Shown here one piece after another: positions 8,469-15,487 of a DNA stretch of 29,527 bases. Both the position numbers and the translations under genes were made by a program. The number at the start of each line of letters is the position of its first letter. Position 1 is the stretch's first letter. A model generated the notes under the pieces. That model saw nothing but the letters and a program-made list of their open reading frames with translations. It made no database searches and was not told where the DNA came from. Source of the DNA: a virus (lineage: Duplodnaviria; Caudoviricetes); the IMG/VR virus record IMGVR_UViG_3300030106_002075, positions 1 to 29,527 of that record, one strand, 5' to 3'.

Positions 8469-8516
8469 GTTGGGTGTATTTAACCCCCTCATTTATGAGG
8501 GGTTAAATACTCCCAC
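8469..8516 (+). repeat. Long-hairpin intergenic repeat (copy B)
   Basis: Identical to copy A over TTGGGTG...TACTCCCAC. Confidence 0.95.
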
Positions 8517-8542
8517 CTATTGGATCGAGGGAGGTCCGAGAA

Positions 8543-8899
8543 ATGCATGATGATATTGTTACTACCGACATAGGTCGGTTTGGTGCCCGAGAGCGACGGA
8601 TTCTTGCTGATTTGCTTACGGCATGGGATATGTGTGGGTTGCCGTCTGACTTTGAGTCAGACATTGTGCGGCCCATGTTTAATACTCATAGCGGCTATGT
8701 GTTCCTCAGCAATGAGGCTTACCAGACTGCCGTCCTAGAGGACGGTCATCTAGTGTCGTTCTATTACCTTGGCTATGAGGGCCACGAGGGAACTCTTTCA
8801 GAGTTAGAGGACGAGTTCAAAGTATCTGGAGATACTTGGCATCCTGAGGATGTGGAGGCTTTGGAGAACATTCGTGAGTACTGGCAGGTGAATGCGTAA
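8543..8899 (+). CDS. Hypothetical acidic early protein
   Basis: GGAGGT SD; FNTHSGYVFLSNE motif; acidic C-terminus. Confidence 0.8.
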   Translation: MHDDIVTTDIGRFGARERRILADLLTAWDMCGLPSDFESDIVRPMFNTHSGYVFLSNEAYQTAVLEDGHLVSFYYLGYEGHEGTLSELEDEFKVSGDTWHPEDVEALENIREYWQVNA

Positions 8900-9075
8900 T
8901 GCCTGATATTCCTGCGGAATCGTACCTGTTGTTTGGGTTCGCTATCGCTTGGGCACATATGTTGCTGTTAGCGAGATGGGAGCGCTTACAGGCAGATCGT
9001 AAGGCTAAACAGGTTCGTGCTGAAGCTGAGTGGGCTGCTTGGTGGCAGGCTCGGCTTGATGCCGAGCGAAAGTAA
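8899..9075 (+). CDS. Small membrane-anchored early protein (58 aa)
   Basis: TAATG coupling; MPDIPAESYLLFGFAIAWAHMLLLARWERLQADRKAK...; ends 3 nt before repeat C. Confidence 0.65.
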   Translation: MPDIPAESYLLFGFAIAWAHMLLLARWERLQADRKAKQVRAEAEWAAWWQARLDAERK

Positions 9076-9078
9076 ACA

Positions 9079-9129
9079 GTTGGGTGTATGTAACCCCCTC
9101 ATTTATGAGGGGTTACATACTCCCACAAC
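9079..9129 (+). repeat. Long-hairpin intergenic repeat (copy C)
   Basis: GTATGTAAC...GTTACATAC: compensatory T-A to G-C change relative to copies A/B. Confidence 0.95.
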
Positions 9130-9151
9130 TAAACCGACGGGGAGGTCGGAT

Positions 9152-9400
9152 ATGACAACAACAAAAACAATTAACCAGACTCTGGGGCATGTCTACGACA
9201 AGCCTTATGTGACGGCGGCATCTGTATCCAAGATGGAAGATCGTGATTGGTTTTTCTTTCAGGTGACTGTAGACCCAGGTTCTACGAGTGATAATGATGG
9301 CACGTCAATGTATACGACTATGTCTAGGAAATACGACACGTACGACGATGCTGTTATCGCTATGAATGAGTGTCTGGTAGGTGTTGCTGCTGGTGATTGA
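9152..9400 (+). CDS. Hypothetical early protein (82 aa)
   Basis: Start reassigned to ATG 9152 after GGAGGT; the longer track ORF reads through repeat C. Confidence 0.75.
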   Translation: MTTTKTINQTLGHVYDKPYVTAASVSKMEDRDWFFFQVTVDPGSTSDNDGTSMYTTMSRKYDTYDDAVIAMNECLVGVAAGD

Positions 9401-9403
9401 GAA

Positions 9404-9454
9404 GTTGAGTGTATTTAACCCCCTCTAGTTTGAGGGGTTAAATACACCCACAAC
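9404..9454 (+). repeat. Long-hairpin intergenic repeat (copy D)
   Basis: GTTGAGTGTATTTAACCCCCTC-TAGTTT-GAGGGGTTAAATACACCCACAAC; altered loop, same stem. Confidence 0.92.
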
Positions 9455-9940
9455 ATAAGGAATGTAGCGAGCGAATAAACCCTAGCTAGCGCACAACTAG
9501 CCGAGAAGTCGGAGGCGAGTTGCTAGGGGGAAAATACCTCAATAAGTTGAGGTCCATACACGCCATGCCTGACGGTCGAAAGATCTTGTAGGGCCATGCG
9601 TTGAGGACCAGAAGTTGAAGGGGAACAGTAAAGGGCGGGATAACGTGTCGTATACCTGCGGCTTGCAAGTAAATGCTGGGGCGAACGGTCCTAGGAATCT
9701 GAGGTAGCTCCTCGGAGGGTTCTGGCATTGGGGTGCAAATCCCTGACATTCCACTATCGGGAGAACGTCTGGAGACATTAAGTGGACACCAGAAGTATTT
9801 TCTAGCGTCAGAAATGGCGAACACTTGGTTGTGACATTAAGTTGTCGAATATCGGGTGTCCGAGCTTGGTACCAAGCGGCGGGTAGCTAGAAGAGTGGCG
9901 GATAACCGTTCAGCGGGCCGCCCCTCCCGACAAAATTTGA
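9455..9940 (+). ncRNA. Candidate large structured non-coding RNA
   Basis: No plus-strand ORF of 60 aa or more; many hairpins incl. GNRA loops (GGTC-GAAA-GATC, GGGT-GCAA-ATCC, CGTCA-GAAA-TGGCG) and long-range helices (GAAAATAC 9530-9537 with GTATTTTC 9795-9802). Boundaries approximate. Confidence 0.65.
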
Positions 9941-10017
9941 AAAGATCTGAGTGAGTGTCCTACCCACTCGGTATAGTGAATAAATCAATTAACAAATACA
10001 CATGGAGGTGTGTTTAC

Positions 10018-11001
10018 ATGACAATAGAAACCGTTAACTACCACGAAGGTCACGATTGGTTGACCAAAGAGGTAGCTGAACACGGACGCAACGTCGTAGA
10101 CGTTGCATCAGAGGTACATGCTGATTTCCCTGTCGAATATGTGGCATCGCAATACACATGCCCTATAACAGGTGAGCTTAAGACCCCTGAATACCTGAAA
10201 GGTAACAAGCGTGGCGACGCTTTGAATCTGTATGTTCTTCGTACAGACGGTGTGCCTAGCGTAGACCTCGGGTTGCATTCGGGTCGGTACCCTCAACGTG
10301 ACGGATACAAGCACGTCTTTGAAACTATGGAAACTATGTTTCCTAATAGTTGCACAGACATCACTGTGTTCGGTAAAGGTGAGCGTATTGCCATCACCCA
10401 ACAGATCGGAGATCCGATCGAAGTTATGGAAGGTGACGATATTCTGCCTGTAATAATCACTAGCTCGTCCTTAAATGGACAAGCTAAGACAACAATCAAC
10501 GCTGTAGGTGAACGTGTTAGTTGCTTGAACATGTTGGATCTGTCCAAGGGACTGATCCAAGTTAAGTCAACTAAGAACCACGATGACTTGCTGACCTTAC
10601 GGTCTGCGTTGTTAGAGGCAAGCAAGGTGAATAGTGACAGTCTTGTCACCTTTGCACGCCAGTTGTCTAGCTCAACGCTTAGTGATACTGCGTTCTATCG
10701 GATGCTTAACACTCTTTTGCCAGAGGCAGAAGAGGATGCGGCAACCAAAACCAAGAACGCTATAGAAGCGAAGCGTCATGCGATCCTAAACGCTTGGTCA
10801 CAAGAAACTAATGGTGACTGGGGTAATGGATGGCTCGCATACAACGCATTCCAGGGTGCTGAACAGCACCGAATCAACCAAGGCTTCAAGTCTACGACTG
10901 CTGCAAAGCAGAAAGGATTTGAGAAAGTCTTGGATAGAAGCACACCTATAGCTGATGCGGCAGAACAATATCTGCGAGAGCAACTGCTGGTGGGTGCGTA
11001 A
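10018..11001 (+). CDS. DUF932/DUF945-family phage/plasmid protein
   Basis: ERVSCLN and GNGWLAYNAFQGAEQH motifs; start at ATG 10018 after GGAGGT. Confidence 0.75.
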   Translation: MTIETVNYHEGHDWLTKEVAEHGRNVVDVASEVHADFPVEYVASQYTCPITGELKTPEYLKGNKRGDALNLYVLRTDGVPSVDLGLHSGRYPQRDGYKHVFETMETMFPNSCTDITVFGKGERIAITQQIGDPIEVMEGDDILPVIITSSSLNGQAKTTINAVGERVSCLNMLDLSKGLIQVKSTKNHDDLLTLRSALLEASKVNSDSLVTFARQLSSSTLSDTAFYRMLNTLLPEAEEDAATKTKNAIEAKRHAILNAWSQETNGDWGNGWLAYNAFQGAEQHRINQGFKSTTAAKQKGFEKVLDRSTPIADAAEQYLREQLLVGA

Positions 11002-11074
11002 CGGTAGGCTAGGTCTGGGGAGGTCAGGTGATACCTTCGGGTATACCTCCCTCCTGACCTCCCTGTCCCCAACA

Positions 11075-11122
11075 CCTCGGTGCATTGCACCCCTCATTTA
11101 TGAGGGTGCAATGCACCTGAGG
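11075..11122 (+). repeat. Long-hairpin intergenic repeat (copy E)
   Basis: GGTGCATTGCA-CCCCTCATTTATGAGGG-TGCAATGCACC: same core, substituted but still paired lower stem. Confidence 0.88.
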
Positions 11123-11164
11123 AATATGTAAATCAAATCAAACCACAAACCATTGGAGGTTCTT

Positions 11165-11605
11165 ATGTGGATATTTAATGACGACGGTTTCTTTTCAACC
11201 GTTGCAGATACAGAAAACGAAGGCAACGTACTTGTACGTGGTCGTGACGAACGCTCAATCATGCGTTTTTGTGTCCGATGCACCGTGCCTTTCGATCAAA
11301 TTCAGGTTACGCCAGAACGTGACTACCCTGTCAGGGTGTCTGTCCCTCAACAAGATTGGGTGAACTACGTTTCCAATCGTGCTGAGAACATTGATTACCC
11401 TGATTTCAAGACACATTGCAAAGCGTCTACGTACAACGGTCATCATTCTGGCTTTTCTCGCCAGTCGCTTCATGCGATGGGTGCAGTCTGGGCTGTCATG
11501 TTTGAGCAGTGGTTCCCACGGCCTGACGAATACGCAATGCTGCTTAAGGCTTGCGGCACAGGCGGCGAGCTTGAGCGTCGTATAACCGAGGAAGTTCTCG
11601 GTTAA
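11165..11605 (+). CDS. Conserved hypothetical phage protein
   Basis: MWIFNDDGFFS...VLVRGR...TPERDYPVR...IDYPDFK pattern; ATG 11165 after GGAGGT. Confidence 0.75.
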   Translation: MWIFNDDGFFSTVADTENEGNVLVRGRDERSIMRFCVRCTVPFDQIQVTPERDYPVRVSVPQQDWVNYVSNRAENIDYPDFKTHCKASTYNGHHSGFSRQSLHAMGAVWAVMFEQWFPRPDEYAMLLKACGTGGELERRITEEVLG

Positions 11606-11937
11606 TGAATCTTTGGCTGGTCATATGGCGAATCTTAGATTTTACTTCGATTAGCCATGAGGTTCCTGAGCCTGTTGCTCCAATCGTATGCGAGTATTTC
11701 GCAGACGATTGTGTGAGGGCGTTGGGGATTGCGTGGTGCGAGTCACTACACAATCCCCGTGCCTACAACGGGGTAGATCACGGACTGTTTCAAATAAATG
11801 AAAACTATTGGGGCCATGTGTTTGAAGATCACTGGCATAAGCGTTACGAGGTTGAGCAATCAACTCGGTTTGCGTTCCACATTGTGGAACATACAAAAGC
11901 TAAATGGGATTTATGGACTTGTGGGAGGTACAAGTAA
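11605..11937 (+). CDS. Lysozyme-like/SLT (Rpf-like) transglycosylase
   Basis: IAWCES (catalytic Glu) ... GLFQIN ... W..WTC motifs. Confidence 0.8.
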   Translation: MNLWLVIWRILDFTSISHEVPEPVAPIVCEYFADDCVRALGIAWCESLHNPRAYNGVDHGLFQINENYWGHVFEDHWHKRYEVEQSTRFAFHIVEHTKAKWDLWTCGRYK

Positions 11938-12885
11938 ATGGCAATTAAAAAAACGTTAGAAGAAGCTGACAAAGAGATACGGGAATTTGAATACATTCCG
12001 TTAGAGCCATACAGCGGAAATTCGCAAACACCGTGGTATGTGGAGTGTGCTCGTTGTAAGGAACCAAGGTATATCTTGCCTGGGAACGCCCGCCGTGCTG
12101 CTAAAAAACACCAGGATCGGCGTTGCTGTATGGGTAGCAAAACCCAATTGATTAAAGAACGAAAATATAAAGACTGCATAGTTCAAGGTTGTCTATTTAG
12201 GCAACGCATACAGACCGACGATTATTGTTCTGGTCATTCCAGACGATTAAAAAAATATGGAGATGTGTGTGCTGATGTTCCGTTGGTTGGAGCTTTGCCA
12301 CGCAATAGCACTTGCATGGTGCCTATGGATTCCAAAGGAACCCTCTGTGGGCGAACCACAGAAAAAGGATATGTAGGGCTTAGAAATCCTTTAAAGTTTG
12401 ACCCAAAGTCAATCGAATACGGCGCGGTTTGTGATGCTCACGCAGCAAGATGGGCCAAAAATAAAACTTTTGAAGCAGGTAAAAAATTGCGGCCTACTTT
12501 GTTTAATTTGGACTGGCCTGAAATTATTGCTTTCTATTTAGATCCCCAAAATGGGTACGTGAAACCAAACAAAAAAGGTTGTTTAGTTTGGCAACACACT
12601 AAAACAGGCGCGGGTTATGGATCTATTTCCATAGCAAAAGATGGTGGAGAAACGACTCGGGTAGCCGCTCACCGAAAAGTCTGGGAAGTAGCCAACAATG
12701 AAACTATCCCTGAAGGAAACCAGATACACCATATCTGTGGGGAAAGAGCGTGTGTGAACGTTGACCATTTGGAAAACATTACGTACACAGAAAACAATTC
12801 AGAAGCGTGCAGAGTTAAGGCTTTACGAGAAGAAATTGCTGAACTTAAAGCTGAAATAAAACGATTGAAACGAAAAGCAGCATGA
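11938..12885 (+). CDS. HNH endonuclease with N-terminal zinc-binding motifs
   Basis: GCLVWQ..GYG..AHRKVW..IHHICGERACVNVDHL..EN; upstream C..C..C..H motifs. Confidence 0.88.
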   Translation: MAIKKTLEEADKEIREFEYIPLEPYSGNSQTPWYVECARCKEPRYILPGNARRAAKKHQDRRCCMGSKTQLIKERKYKDCIVQGCLFRQRIQTDDYCSGHSRRLKKYGDVCADVPLVGALPRNSTCMVPMDSKGTLCGRTTEKGYVGLRNPLKFDPKSIEYGAVCDAHAARWAKNKTFEAGKKLRPTLFNLDWPEIIAFYLDPQNGYVKPNKKGCLVWQHTKTGAGYGSISIAKDGGETTRVAAHRKVWEVANNETIPEGNQIHHICGERACVNVDHLENITYTENNSEACRVKALREEIAELKAEIKRLKRKAA

Positions 12886-13565
12886 AAAGGCGAGGAGAAA
12901 CAGAATGGTTAGCACGTGGCGAATGCTGGGCCATCATGCCAGACGGCTCAAAATGCACAAGTACCCGCAGAACACTTCAACCATTTGGTGGCCTGGGTTC
13001 TGTCGATGGGAAAATAGCTTTGTGTTTTGGTCACTACAGACACTACAAAAAACATAAAGACCCAAGAACAGACATCCCTTTGAACGCCATGCAACGCATG
13101 ACATTCAAAGAACGAGTCGAACACTACATGAACCCAACTAACGGGTACATAAAAATAACCCCTTACGGGTGTTACGAATGGCAACGAACGAAACTACAAG
13201 CAGGCTACGGACTAGTTAATTCCAAAGTCATAGCTGCTGAATGCGGCACAAAAAACAATGTACAAACCCATCGAATGATGTGGGTGTATGCGAATGGGGA
13301 ACTACCACCAGACGGAATGCATGTACATCACTTGTGTTATAACAAAGCATGCTGTAATCCTGAACACCTAGAGCTACTCACACCAAGAGAAAACTCTAAT
13401 GATGCGGCGATTGTTCATCATATGCGTGTCAGATATGCGCAACTGATGGTCAAAAACCGTCAACTTAAAACACAAATAGGGCGTTTGGAGAAAGAACTTG
13501 CCGAAGAAAAAAACAAAAATAAGCAAAGCCGAACGAGACGCATGGCAAAAAAGAGCGATGAATAA
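12882..13565 (+). CDS. HNH endonuclease
   Basis: GCYEWQ..GYG..THRMMW..VHHLCYNKACCNPEHL..EN; ATGA overlap. Confidence 0.88.
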   Translation: MKRRGETEWLARGECWAIMPDGSKCTSTRRTLQPFGGLGSVDGKIALCFGHYRHYKKHKDPRTDIPLNAMQRMTFKERVEHYMNPTNGYIKITPYGCYEWQRTKLQAGYGLVNSKVIAAECGTKNNVQTHRMMWVYANGELPPDGMHVHHLCYNKACCNPEHLELLTPRENSNDAAIVHHMRVRYAQLMVKNRQLKTQIGRLEKELAEEKNKNKQSRTRRMAKKSDE

Positions 13566-13627
13566 TCGCAATAACCCTGTCATCTTTGAAGATGACTCGT
13601 TCACGAAAGAAGAAATAGAAAGACATC

Positions 13628-13825
13628 GTGGCTAAATACGACGGTAGGAAATACATCGAATGGGAGCGCTCTGATTTTACGCAGTGTGGATACATCGCTA
13701 CCTACGCTCTCGGTGGCTGTAGGTGTGTCAAATGCAAGGAACGTTACGAGAACTGGAAGCCTTGGCAACACAACACACCAAGCACCGCCATAAAGCGAGC
13801 ACAAAAGCGAACACCTGCGTCGTAA
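13628..13825 (+). CDS. Small zinc-finger protein
   Basis: CGYIATYALGGCRCVKC, like the Y..GCRC..C motif of actinophage proteins. Confidence 0.65.
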   Translation: MAKYDGRKYIEWERSDFTQCGYIATYALGGCRCVKCKERYENWKPWQHNTPSTAIKRAQKRTPAS

Positions 13826-13839
13826 CGAAACTGTAATGT

Positions 13840-13923
13840 TTGAATTAGAACAGATGTCCGCTATACTAAGTAATTACTTAGTCTCCCCCAACCACTGGTA
13901 GGCGGTTGGGGGGTACTTAGTAC
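13840..13923 (+). promoter_or_regulatory. Sigma70-like promoter overlapped by palindromic operator, upstream of replication operon
   Basis: TTGAAT(13840)-N16-TATACT(13862); palindrome ACTAAGTAATTACTTAGT 13865-13882 identical to that at 7126-7143. Confidence 0.6.
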
Positions 13924-13958
13924 CACTCAGTGTCCTACCCCACTGAGAGACTGACAAC

Positions 13959-14759
13959 ATGAACGAATACCCCTTACACAAAGACAGCGAAGGTCGCTGG
14001 GTGCATACATGGGTGAGGCAGTCCACAATCAAGACTGCTGATATGTGTTTAGAAAGATTCCGAAACACTATCTTCAAACTTGTAAGCGAAGAAATAAAAG
14101 ACGCGGCAACATTAGGCACGGCATGTCACGCAGTAGCTGAGGACGCACTCAACACCCGTAAGACAGGCGGAGAGATGTCACAGCAGGACATGATCGACTC
14201 CTTCGAGATGTACTGGGAGGAAGCCTTACCGACGATTCAGGTATGGAACAGTTATTCAGGTGAGAGCGCATACGCAGAAGGGCTACGCAAGATAGAGAAC
14301 TGGCGCACGGAAGTGCTGCCACAATTACAGCCAGTAGAGGTCGAACAATATTTCAATTTACTTTTCCATGAGGACGATGACAGAGTTGTCAACTTCTCAG
14401 GAACGATAGACCTCGTAGAAGAGGACAGGCTTTGGGACTGGAAGTTCCCAAGCCGTGACTACAGCAGAGACAAATGGCAATACGAACGATGGGATGTGCA
14501 ATCAATGGCCTACTGCTGGGCTATGGACATTCCAAAATTTTCCTATGCTGTCATGCACCCGAAGGGTGTAGGTCGCATGGATCTAGTACGAGACAAAGGC
14601 CACACAGACTGGCTACGTCAAAAGGTCTTAGGACTCTGCCACGTCGTTGAATCTGAGATGACTAAATATCCTCTCGGTGATGACGGCTGGTGGTGCTCTG
14701 AGAAATGGTGTCCAGCGTGGACACGGTGTAAAGGCGCAATCATAGGAGGCGCAAAGTAA
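13959..14759 (+). CDS. PD-(D/E)XK exonuclease (RecB/Cas4-like)
   Basis: GTACH, VEQ, GTIDL, DWK, Q...Y motifs; N-terminal Cys plus C-terminal CSEKWCPAWTRC. Confidence 0.85.
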   Translation: MNEYPLHKDSEGRWVHTWVRQSTIKTADMCLERFRNTIFKLVSEEIKDAATLGTACHAVAEDALNTRKTGGEMSQQDMIDSFEMYWEEALPTIQVWNSYSGESAYAEGLRKIENWRTEVLPQLQPVEVEQYFNLLFHEDDDRVVNFSGTIDLVEEDRLWDWKFPSRDYSRDKWQYERWDVQSMAYCWAMDIPKFSYAVMHPKGVGRMDLVRDKGHTDWLRQKVLGLCHVVESEMTKYPLGDDGWWCSEKWCPAWTRCKGAIIGGAK

Positions 14760-15487
14760 TGGCATGGAAGCCAATGGAGCCGCACGAACGTGCGAGCATA
14801 GAAGCACAGGTGATACTCAAAGGTGCTGTCGAACTGACAGCAGCACAGGTATCAGCTAATGCAACAGATCCCAATGAGGATATTCTCACAACACTGACAG
14901 ACAATGCGTCAGCGTTAGCGAACATTCTTGGGGATGTTAAAACACAATTAGGAGCAACCGCTCCAGGCCAAGCAGCAGCGATACAGCTAGAAGCACAAGC
15001 TGTAGAAGCTGCGGTCGTAGCCAAAGTTGAATCAGCATTCCAAGGGGCGACAACTACGCCTCGGGGTCAAAGCCAATACCTAGGCGATGAGGATTACGAT
15101 GCGGTACATAAGATATTCCTAAGTGAAAAGAATGCAGGAATTGTTTATGCGTCGAAAGACTCAGCGTTCATGGACAACCAAGCAATACGTAAACTGTTTC
15201 AAACAGGGGTTCGTCAATTTCCTCAGGATTATTGGGCAGACTCAATGCGAGGTAAAGATATCCCGACAACGAAAACTGGAAAGTGCGGACTCGGAGATTT
15301 CAAACTCAAGAAGGGACTGTCCGTTGGAGAAGATGGGCAAGCCTATGTAGGTAAAGGCGACGGCAACCATCCTCTTGCAAGCAAGAGCGGTTACTTCGCT
15401 GGACTACAGAAGAACACTTCTTGGTCATGGCCTGAACGACCCGAACCAGTTGACCCACAGGGTTGGCTTGTCGGCGTAGATGCCTAA
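14759..15487 (+). CDS. Hypothetical replication/recombination protein
   Basis: Coupled between exonuclease and helicase; no motif recognised. Confidence 0.75.
   Translation: MAWKPMEPHERASIEAQVILKGAVELTAAQVSANATDPNEDILTTLTDNASALANILGDVKTQLGATAPGQAAAIQLEAQAVEAAVVAKVESAFQGATTTPRGQSQYLGDEDYDAVHKIFLSEKNAGIVYASKDSAFMDNQAIRKLFQTGVRQFPQDYWADSMRGKDIPTTKTGKCGLGDFKLKKGLSVGEDGQAYVGKGDGNHPLASKSGYFAGLQKNTSWSWPERPEPVDPQGWLVGVDA

Noticed and set aside
8087-9454. Hairpin repeats as a CRISPR array
   Set aside because: Intervals are about 270-560 bp, irregular and filled by genes with SD sites; no cas operon. The Cas4-like gene is an ordinary phage exonuclease in the replication module.
9700-9760. tRNA or tmRNA (GGTGCAAATCC resembles a T-arm)
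   Set aside because: No acceptor stem, D-arm or anticodon arm could be built; treated as a GNRA hairpin of the larger RNA.
9486-9824. Minus-strand ORFs of 112 and 79 aa
   Set aside because: Antisense to the early operon, no SD or recognisable motif.
13558-13635. 25-aa ORF MNNRNNPVIFEDDSFTKEEIERHRG bridging the HNH and zinc-finger genes
   Set aside because: Overlaps both neighbours in a coupled way but is too short and lacks an SD, so it is not supportable.
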